DNA of 62,246 nucleotides, counting the filler, from Dimargaris cristalligena (taxonomy: Eukaryota), in the NCBI GenBank assembly GCA_003614675.1. It is 4 parts of 4 records of this genome, joined end to end, with 100 filler letters (N's around TTAATTAATTAA, not from the genome) between each part and the next. Parts side by side here need not be neighbours in the genome. Positions count along the whole stretch, not along the records: positions 31,228 to 46,689 come from ML002887.1; positions 46,790 to 62,246 come from ML002888.1; 2 more parts are not named here. One strand, written 5' to 3'. How positions within the stretch are numbered: the first letter of the stretch is position 1; the number at the start of each line of letters is the position of its first letter. Shown here piece after piece: positions 46,141-56,061 of this stretch. Both the position numbers and the translations under genes were made by a program. The notes below the pieces were generated by a model. It did not search any database, was not told the DNA's origin, and saw nothing but the letters and a program-made list of their open reading frames with translations.

Positions 46141-46494
46141 TCATATTTTGTCTTTTGATTGGAAACAAATCTCTGGACATATCATGGAATCAAATGCCAA
46201 AATGTTCAAGTCAAAAGTATCGTCCATTACCATCGAGATTTCCAAAGACTCCTTCGGGTATAGATTACCATCCTTCACACTATAATATAAAATAACAGGC
46301 AAAATCTCGTACAGGTACAGAGGGTGACTTGTTTCTTTATCAATGTCCATCAAAGTGAGATTGTTGATAAGAATGCCAGATGGGTAAGTGACATGGAATA
46401 ACGAATTAGGTTTGCCACATAGTCGTGTTTCCAATACTTGTCTGTCACCATTGGTTCTCAAAGTCCAATAAACAAACTTTCCGTCTCCAGACAT
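46141..46494 (-). CDS. Hypothetical viral protein, 117 aa
   Basis: ATG-started ORF tightly packed upstream of the patatin gene. Confidence 0.6.
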   Translation of the reverse strand: MSGDGKFVYWTLRTNGDRQVLETRLCGKPNSLFHVTYPSGILINNLTLMDIDKETSHPLYLYEILPVILYYSVKDGNLYPKESLEISMVMDDTFDLNILAFDSMICPEICFQSKDKI

Positions 46495-46689
46495 TTTCGA
46501 TAATATTATATATGATACGTGTTCTGAATCAGCATGTTTATCGATAGAGACACTGTATTGAGCTGGCCGATTGTCCGTCGATATCTCGAACCATGGAACA
46601 GGTGATTGAAGCCATTGAAGATATGAGAGCGGTGACCAACGGTTTTGTAATCGAATTGACGAAATCGAATCTGATGGAGGAAAAATGAC

Positions 46690-46789
46690 NNNNNNNNNNN
46701 NNNNNNNNNNNNNNNNNNNNNNNNNNNNNNNNNTTAATTAATTAANNNNNNNNNNNNNNNNNNNNNNNNNNNNNNNNNNNNNNNNNNNN
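46690..46789. other. Artificial contig spacer
   Basis: 44 N + TTAATTAATTAA + 44 N. Confidence 0.98.
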
Positions 46790-46907
46790 CATACTCGTCA
46801 GGGGCAGGGGCAGGGGCTCATTCACTCGTCAGGGGCATACTTCCGATAAGTACGAAAAATAGATAAAAAATAAAAGTAGGTAAAAAATGTGGTAAGTTCA
46901 CCACACC

Positions 46908-47920
46908 ATAGTCACCCCCAGTCCTACAGGATCACCCTATATCATATAACTATTCCCCTTTTGGACTCCTTATTTTACACTAATCACTCTAGTGCTAATC
47001 TAAAGACTCTTCTGGCTACTATCAGAGTCTTCCATATCCTCACACCCATCTAATTAGTTATTTTATCCATCAGTAGTCTTAGCAGTATCCTTCTCTAGGG
47101 ACCTCCCTCTGGAGTCATCCCTGTATATATATAACTGGGCCCCACTGAGACCAGTTTAATTTTACAGCTTATTCCTTACCCCCTAGTTTATCCCAATAAA
47201 CCATATGGGAGTAGTTCAACCAGGCTATATAACGAAAAATCCATTTGGGAGAGGTTCAACTGGGCTGTATAATGAAAAATCCATTGGATGAAGCAAATAT
47301 GACTGGTTAAAAATAAATCTCCCATATATTATCCCATACAATTATCATTTAAAACCTTATACAGCTGGACCGAACTTCACCCATATATATACTCACCCCC
47401 CTTATATTAACTAGTAAGTGTGCCTGCTGTATGTCCCTTACTTATACCTACATCTAGTAGCCTTTATTAGTTAATCCCATGCCTCCAACCTAATACTAAG
47501 ACCCACTTGGCTGAGCCTAAGCTCCATCTGCCATTAGAAGCCTATCCTTGGGACCCTTAACAAACTAAGAGTAGTTAACCTGGGTAACAGATGTTTGTGT
47601 CTAAGATGGCTAAGTAACCTATGACATTCTTGGACCTCAAGCCTACCACAATGCCCTCTATAAAATTTATATTAGTTTCCTAAATCAATTGGTACCCCAG
47701 GCCAACCCCCCTTTTCCCACTACTAGACCTGAGCTTTCTTTGAATGGCCTACTGGTCCATTTAGCCAACCCCCACCACCTTCCCTGAGTGAATGTCACCA
47801 TTATAGAATCTTATTTGACTTAACCTATAGACACACAATCCTAACCCATAAATATCACAAATCTAATTGCCATTAGCCAGCTCAGGCATTAGATATTCCA
47901 TAACAACCCCCTACTAATAT
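46908..47920. mobile_element. Second copy of the decayed CpG-poor repeat, interrupted by a MITE
   Basis: 46908-47183 and 47401-47580 align to 29464-29743 and 29744-29915 in the same orientation; CpG-poor composition continues to about 47920. Confidence 0.75.
47203..47386. mobile_element. MITE copy A (with internal ~40-bp duplication)
   Basis: Ends ATATGGGAGTAGTTCAACCAG ... CTGGACCGAACTTCACCCATAT are imperfect inverted repeats; homologous to the reverse complement of 52387-52530. Confidence 0.8.
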
Positions 47921-48422
47921 TATAAAGACGGAACGTTGGCATTTTAGCTTGGCATGTAGTCATTGTTTAATATTAAGGATATTTGTCACTTTTACAATTG
48001 TATCCATACAGCCAAGTCTTATCTGCAACTGTAATTACGGTGAAACGGAATTGAGTGCAACGAGATACTAGCTACGCGATCCAATTATACATGCTCTCGT
48101 GGATTGCTGATTTCTTTTAAATAAACCAGATATCATAGTTGAGGCGTAAATTTAGTTCGTATTGCTATAAAGTAATTACCAACCTCGGAGTAGGCTGATT
48201 GCTACATCTATACATGTTACTACAATTGCCCATTGTCAGAATTTACGTGAACATCAATTTGGATTATATATTCGGATCACTCCCTACAGCTTCAGTATAC
48301 AGGGAAATCTAGAAATGCAGCACCCAAAAATTAATGAGTAATAAAATAAAATCGGAATATGGGCATACCATGGCCCATGTGTATTGGTCCGTCCGCCCCT
48401 TTTCTGTACACAAGGTATCCGC

Positions 48423-50334
48423 TTACGACTGTTTCTTAGTTTCAAAAGCCGGAATGCCCGTAATAGCTCTGCCCAGGATCAAAGCGTGCACATCATGGGT
48501 CCCTTCGTACGTGTTCACCGCCTCCAAATTCATCACGTGGCGAATAATGTGGTACTCATCACTGATGCCGTTGCCGCCTAACATATCCCGGCACTGGCGA
48601 GCGATGTCTAGGGCTTTCCCGCACGAATTACGTTTGATCAGGGAGATCATTTCCGGGGCCACTTGACCTTCGTCCTTGAGACGTCCCACGCGCAGGCAAC
48701 TCTGGAGGCCTAGGGCAATTTCGGTATGCGCGTCCGCCATTTTCTTCTGGATGAGCTGGAAGCTGGCCAAAGGAACCCCAAATTGGCGGCGCTCGAGCGT
48801 GTAAGCACGCGCTTGATCCAAACAGAATTCGGCGGCACCCAGGGCCCCCCACCCGATACCGAAACGGGCGTTGTTGAGGCAACCGAAGGGGCCCTTGAGG
48901 CCGCTGACCGCGGGGAGAAGTTGGTCGGCGGGGATTTCGACTTCGTCCATCATGATCATACCGGTGATGGAGGCCCGCAGCGAAAACTTACCCTTGATGG
49001 CCGGGGCCTCAAGACCTTTGGTACCCTAGGTAAGTGTAGAGTTAGAGAGGCAATTGTAAATAAGGCACGCTAGTGAATATTATATATAGTGATAGTCCAC
49101 ACTGGCGGTTAAGAGCGGGGAGGGAATAACCCAAATAGATTATGGGACGCCCATATTTGCAATCTATGCAGAAGTAGTAGGCAATATCATCAATACATAT
49201 AACTGAAAGGGGCTTTACCTTCTCGATAATGAAGCCACGAATTTTGCCGTCCTCGCTCAAATTCTTAGCCCAGACCACGAACACATCGGCAATGGGCGAA
49301 TTCGTGATCCAAGTTTTCGAGCCATTCAACACATACGTACCCCGGTCAGTTTTGCGGGCGGTCGTTTCCATCCCGGCCGGATCACTCCCGTGGTTCGGTT
49401 CAGTCAAACCGAAACAACCAATCAGTTTACCTTTGGCGAGTTCAGGGAGGTACTTCTTCTTCTGAGCTTCGGTACCGTAGGCGTGGATGGGGTGCATAAC
49501 CAACGAGGATTGGACACTCATGGCCGAACGGTAGCCACTGTCGACGCGCTCTACTTCGCGCGCGGTGAGGCCGTAGGCCACGGAAGAGACTCCAGCACAG
49601 CCATAGCCTTGGATGGTGGAGCCCAATAGGCCGAGCTCACCCATCTCTTCCATGATGGTACGGTCGAAGTTTTCGTGGCGATTGGCCTCGAGCACCCGGG
49701 GGAAGAGCTGCTCCTGGCAGTACTCTTTGGCAATGCTGTGGATGGTGACTTCGTCTTCGGTCAGCTGGGCATGGAGGTTGAGCGGATCGGTCCAGTCGTA
49801 TTTGACGAAACCTGGCCATGGTGGGGTGGCGGGTGGTCAGTGGAGGGAAATGTGGGTGTGTATGTATGTGTGGTTGTAAGTAAATAAAACAAAACTAGAT
49901 GGGTTGGATATATCATCTACTGTTGATAAAGCGAGGGTCTGAGTAGGCGCCGTGGGCATTTTCAGCGAATAGCGGGGTTTTAACAGTAAGCTACATTTGG
50001 GTGGGGGTTGTTTCAAAGGTACTTACTGGACTGGGTGGCCATAGTGCGGCGGGTAGCCTGGGACACCGCCAGAGTCGACCGGGCTATAGAGGGTACCCGT
50101 CAAACAAGGATTGCTTTGGAAAATTCCAGGGGTTAGTAGGCTACGAGGGATAGGTGGCATGGTTTGCAATAATACTGTCGCATTAGCCAACCCCGGCAGA
50201 TGCCGGAGGGCTAAAGTACTGCCAAAAGAACCGCCTCGGTAGTGAAATAAAAGCAGCTCCGGGGAGGGAGGCTGAGATTAGCCAAAGGAACACCTCCTAC
50301 CTGACAAAACCGGGCGTGATAAGCGGCTCAACAT
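48423..50334 (-). CDS. GCDH: Glutaryl-CoA dehydrogenase, mitochondrial; complement(join(48423..49025,49219..49811,50027..50083,50301..50334)), 428 aa
   Basis: [78 protein letters not shown]; Arg/Ser-rich presequence [15 protein letters not shown]; all introns GT-AG and phase-compatible. Confidence 0.96.
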
Positions 50335-50884
50335 GAGGGCATTCATACTGGTGGGGGAGTAGAGTTTCAATAGAGGAGAGTAGACTGTACTTGTAATAGA
50401 AAAGCCTGGCAAGGCGGGAAGAACAATAACAAGAACAAGAAGGGTATTGGATGAGAAAGTATTGAGTAGGAACTGTATTAACAGAGGAAGAAAGCCGGGT
50501 ACGCCGAACTTCGGGCGAGGCAGTCAATATAGCCACCAGACTAGAGTGACTGCTCAAGGAATAGTGTGACTAGGGGCCACTAGATGCACCACCCCCCATT
50601 ATGAATATAGGCCACATGACCCAGCTATTCACACTGCCCAGGGAATTTGAAATACAACCATAATAATCCCGCTATTCTGGCGGAGTTGCCCAGGTTCCAA
50701 CCAGTGGGATTGGCAGACCTCGCTGAACGTGGCCCACTGTCCTATACTCATTCTACTTCGCCCTTCCCTCCCATTCCTTGGTCAATGTCGTTTTATTTTG
50801 TCAACACCCTATTGTAGAGGAGTCCCTGGGACAGAATCGGTTAGCATAGTCCTATCCAGCAATATCGTATAGCCCAGAGCTAAC

Positions 50885-53800
50885 ATGTCACCCACATCCG
50901 CCGTCCCGTCCGAAGGTGGCAGCAGTAGCAATAGTAATAGTAATAGCAGTAGCAGTAGCAGTAGCCTTCGCCGCTTTTCCGTCACCGCTGGCCCACCCCA
51001 TGCCACCACCCATGCCGATCGGCTGGCACTATTTCCTGGCTTCACCCCCGCCCTAGATGCTGCCCAGCAAAGGGCCATTGCCGCTATCCAGCGTGATCTC
51101 GATTGGCAGCGCCGGCAACAGCCTAAACGACCAACGAGTCGGAACGATACCGCCTCTCCCTCTACCCCGGGCCGTCCATTGGTCCCGAATTCTCCCCAGA
51201 CGCCCATGCGAATGCGGACCCGGGGCCGGGCCTTTTCTGAGCCTTTTTCCGTCTACGAACCCCTCAGTCTAGACCCCGCGCTAGCCGAATTTTACCATAC
51301 CGCACTGGAACTAGGCCCCGTGGACTGGGCCTCGGGCCCCTCTACCCATTACACCCAGGAAGTGGTGCTCGTAAGGGAAGTGTGCCAGCTGTTGCTTGGT
51401 CGCCCGTCCCTGCTATTTCGTTCCCGATCCAAGAAACCCGCGCCGTCATCGGCCATTACATCCTCACCACCCAATTCGCCTTCGCCATCGACTCCACAAT
51501 CAATAGCGGCATCAGCATCGGCGACCGACCAGTGTAGTCTGTCCGGTTCCACTTCTCCTCCGGGCTCGGCTAAACATACCTTCCGCCCGGCCCGCTTACG
51601 GTCCCAGTGGAAACTAGCCCATCTCACCGTTCCCGCCCTCGACCATATTCTCCAGGATTTCAACCAGTTAAGTGAAACGCTGCGGGAACTACGGGAGTGG
51701 GTAAACCGGGTTCTGATCCCCTCCGAAGCCCGCCCTTTTACACCCAATCGTGCACCCCTATCCATATCCCTACCCCTACCCCCACCGCCTCCCCAGACCC
51801 AGGTGGGCCAGGCCTTTGCGTTTAAACTCAAGGAGTATCTAGTGACTTTTGACAAGGCGATCCGGAAAGTCGAGCTGGATTACTTTACGACCCGTCGGAA
51901 CAGCCCGTCGTCCAGCAGTCCTACTTCACTCACGGACACCGCGGCGGGTAACAGTGCCCCACTAGGTTCCCTCCTTCGTTTACGCTGCGAGCTAAATGAC
52001 CAATGGCACCAGATCCAGTTTCTATGGGACCTGCTAGTCGTCCGTCTGGATGGTGGTCGCACTCATTCATCCGCCCAAACCCAAACCCACACTCCTGCTA
52101 CCACCACCACCGTCACTGCGGCCGCCTTTACCTCTCGAATTTTGGACGTTTTGTACCAGACCATTGAAATCCACCAACTCGAGAAACCCGGGCCTAGTTA
52201 CCGTTTAGCCGTCGAGCTATTCACGGCTGCGGTAGTGCCCTACCTTGATCTCATTTCGGAATGGGTGAATCGCGGCGCTGCTGACGATATTTGGGGCGAA
52301 TTTGCCATTCAAATGTAAGTTGCCACAGTCATACCAGTTAACAAACACTCCCTGTTGCTAAGCATCACCTGCCCCTAGATTGGGCAATATGGGTGAAATT
52401 CAGCCCAGCAATATAAGGGATTACATTATATGTCTATGGGAGAATATATGGGAATTTTATTTTTAACTAGTAATATTGGCCGAATCTAATGGATTTTTCG
52501 TTATACAGCTTAGATGAACTTCTCCCATATCAACTAATAGATGTTCATGCATCACCCCTTTTCTTTACTGCCTTATACCACTGTAGGACCAGTCAATCCG
52601 AACCAGCCTTGTGTGGATTTTGCCCTCGCTTCCTAAGCCCCCATATCCAAACTATCCTCAATCACGGTAATGAAGTCCGACTCAATCAGCGCATCCTATC
52701 CGTAGCCCAGCGTACCACCCCTGTCCAGTGGTACGATCTTGCATCGGTGGTACTTCCCCATCTAGTAGCGGCTCTTGGACCGCCGGACAAGCGGGTCACC
52801 TTCGCATCCCTCCCCCCTCCCCTTCCCCATACTCGACCTCCTCTTGATCCGACCCGGCGATTTGTTAGTAATATTCCCGAGCCGGCTAGCCTCGAGATTT
52901 TGGATATCGATCCTGATACGGCCGACGATCTCGCCGTACTCTTCCAGAAGCACCGCGTAGAACCTGCACGGGGCCCTGCCTCTTGGGCACCCCATTCTGC
53001 GTATTCCCAACCCACCGCCACCGCCGCCGCTACTTTACGAGTCCAGCCCCCTGCCACGCTAGGTCGGTCGGCGGTTTTCCAACCCATTGGGTACCGGCTA
53101 GACCAATCCCTAAATGCGTTCCTCAAAACCCTTCGCCAGGCCGTGGGACCCACTATTCTGGCCAATTTCCACCGACATACCCGTTGGCGGGACACCTTCC
53201 GGCACTTCAACGAATTATTTTACTTACTCGACGGTACGCTGCTCGCCTATTTTCACCGGCAGTTTTTTGACCTACCGTACCAACGTACCACCACTACTAC
53301 TACTATCACTGCACTGACCTCATCCAAAGATGGGTCAGATGCGGCCCCACAACGGAAGGCCCTCCAGCGGGACAATTTACTGCTTAGTGAACTCAACAGT
53401 ATTCTGGGTGAGTCCTTACACCAACACCCCGTTTGGCGACGGTACGCCAGCCACGTCCATATCACCGGCACCCAGACACTGGCTTTAGCTAAATGCTCGC
53501 AAGTTAGACCCCATATGGTATTCGAGGTGATTAACCAACTCACGATGGAATTTGAGGTAAGTCGGTAAGGCGAATCCGGTATTCCTGTCGAACGGCCCTA
53601 TGTAATCATGATCAAACTCTATCCGATTACTTAGGACTGGCTTACAGCAATGATACGGTCTCTCTAAGCGGGCCAGCCTTATTAGGGGATTCCTTATTTA
53701 CTGAATACGCACGCGGGCTTGATTTAACATTAATCGGTATTATCCTATGTTTTGTCGTCGGTCTACCTACCTTATGTTTTTACTTTCGGTCGTTTTTGTT

Positions 53801-55277
53801 TGTTTTTTTGTGGGGATTTTCGTAGCTACCGCCCATTACCCAGGCCATATTCCCCGCGGCGTTTATGCGCGATTGCCAGGCTATCCAACGGCTACTCTGG
53901 CAGGTTAAATTTGCCCACCATACCCTGAGTCGACTCGATTTCCTCAAACCGCTGCGCCTGGCGGGGTACGCCAGCGGTCCCCAACGGCGGGACCATGCCG
54001 CTAGAGTGCAGCGGCGACAGGCTATGCAGTCCGCTAATCAGCAATTGGCGATTTTCTACCGCATTCGCATGAAACTGTTCGCCGCAGTAAATGGCCTCCA
54101 GTACTATCTAATGACCGCGGTAAGTGGGTGTTTTCGGAGAATAGCAGGCGATTGTTGGTTAATCATACGTTTACTTGGGGATATTCATATATTCCAAACC
54201 ACTATTCGTATACTCTACCTATTACAAGGCCGATGTGCTAATCAAACTTATCATTTACAATATATCTTCCCGTAATCTTTCTTCACCCCCCGCCCCCACA
54301 TTGAACACGTTCATTTCGGTTAGACCTTACATGTGGCCTGTCAGCGCATGGTTGTAGACCTTGATCAATGGTTTAAGGCAGAGACGACGGGCGTGTCCCT
54401 TACGCATATCGTGGAAAACTTGACCCAGTTTACTCACGAACTCTTACACAAGTGTCTCCTGGATCAAAAGGTAAGTTGGTCAATTGTTGACGTCTTTTTA
54501 AATTAGTATGATTGATTCCCGCCTGCATATTCCATAGTTGCAATTCGAAAGGGTCATCTGAAACTGAAATGCGAATTTGGACGATTACAGTGTATGATGT
54601 AAATTCGGGACAGATACCTGTCTATAACTGTTCTATCCCTTTTTGGCGTACTGATTAAGTTTGATCATAGTCGACTTTGATGCAGTTGGGGTATTCAGTT
54701 GCCACATACTCCCCCCCCCTTTCTCACCTCCTCTTAATCAAACCCAACATCTTACCATGTATTGTAATGCTCTTTCATTATCTATAATCATCGGGATATG
54801 TGCATCCCTAGTCTGCCGTGATCATGAAACACCTCAGCACACTGCTCCAACTAGTCCCCCGCTTCCAAGAACTGTTTGCCAATTTCAACCATATCCTGGC
54901 CACCTACCCTTCTTTACTTGGTACCCCACTGCCGGCGCATCGCCCATCGCTGACGGAGCAGTCGGCGGTTGATATGCGGGATCGGATTATGGGGCAGGTC
55001 CGTGAATTGGATCTGGAGTACACCCGTATTCGAGACTTCTTGGTTAACGTGCTACAAATCTCCGCTAAGCACCCGGGTTTGGATAGTCGTAAGTTGTTGT
55101 TTTTTTCAATTTTGGTGTAAAGAATCGCAATTCCCGCATGGTATGATGGACCATAAATGTAAATTAACCGGCCTATGCTAATCGGATTTACATTATCAAT
55201 ACTGTTTTTTTTTCTCTGCCCCCTGCTCTACCCAAATGTCCCTAGTACACGTCCTCGTGATGTCCCTATCGGCTTAG
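50885..55277 (+). CDS. Gamma-tubulin complex component (Spc97/Spc98/GCP family, probably GCP5-like); join(50885..52314,52587..53556,53826..54119,54324..54470,54812..55088,55246..55277)
   Basis: LVREVCQLLLG, GQAFAFKL, PYLDLISEWVNRG...DIWGEFAI, PRFL...ILNHG, LLWQVKFAHHTL, RMKLFAAVNGLQYYL, LHKCLL; six exons in frame. Confidence 0.8.
52387..52530. mobile_element. MITE copy B, 144 bp, inside intron 1 of the GCP gene
   Basis: ATATGGGTGAAATTCA ... TGAACTTCTCCCATAT terminal inverted repeats; second copy at 47203-47386. Confidence 0.82.
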
Positions 55278-56025
55278 GCCAGATGCAAAAGTGGCTCGGT
55301 CTCCGCATGTGGCCCCTTTGCCGCTTGGCAGTAACCGCCCAAAAACTATTCCCGGTTGGCCTGGGATAAGTATAGTGAATAATAAAGAGGATTCTATTAT
55401 ACCCGTCCTTAAATTGTGGAGGATATACAGTGTATTGTATAATCTGATTAGGCGTGGATCGACTATAGATAGGACCAGGGGCTACAGACAAGATGGACAA
55501 TCAAAATCAGCCTTTTTTCTTAAAAAAATATTTAAAAAATCGAAATCACCCCGCTTGGCTGGTATTAATGTAAGATTTTTTTGCCACCATGGCTGAGGGG
55601 ATTCGCGGCTTTGGCATTGGCCGTATATTCTTGTGGCTGCAGTTGTTATGGTCTTCGTATCATTGCATGTAAATTGTTCCCAACAATAATTGGCTTCATC
55701 ATTCCCAGTTTTCTAACATGGCCTCTATGCCGATGTTGGGGCCATTGAAAAAGCATTAGTAAACTTAAGAGCATTTAGTCATTCCTGAGAAAGCTGAAGC
55801 CTGAAGTTGGGGGAAGGGTGGGGTATGGGTGTGAATGGAGAAGGAGAAGGAGTAAAGAAGGGGAATTATGTGGCAATTTATGTTCACATTCTCTCTGGTA
55901 AATATTGAGGGGGGAAGAGACCAGCTCGAGCCTCTTCCGAATTGTGGCGATGCCGAACATACAGACTTGGTTGATGGAGGGTGAGATGAAGCCATACAGT
56001 TTCGTTCATTTCCCTAACCCTCTCC

Positions 56026-56061
<36 letters not shown>

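Larger units (their letters stand above)
31228..46689. mobile_element. Nucleocytoviricota (giant virus) genome fragment occupying a whole contig
   Basis: Compact AT-rich intronless ORFs on both strands; NCLDV-type PCNA, Nudix decapping enzyme, patatin, PLOD-type glycosyltransferase, SSB-like and virus-specific DUF-like proteins. Confidence 0.9.

Noticed and set aside
31228-46689. Bacterial, phage or mitochondrial contaminant
   Set aside because: Eukaryote-type PCNA, Skp1-like and NCLDV-specific families; no operon-like bacterial genes or organellar genes; long ORFs read in the standard code.
29100-47920. Viral segment apparently flanked by direct copies of a host repeat, as if integrated between them
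   Set aside because: Both junctions are artificial spacers between size-sorted contigs, and repeats commonly sit at contig ends. There is no sequence continuity.
52489-52586. ATG start of a separate 359-aa gene
   Set aside because: The ATG lies inside the intronic MITE; the coding exon starts at 52587 and belongs to the GCP gene.
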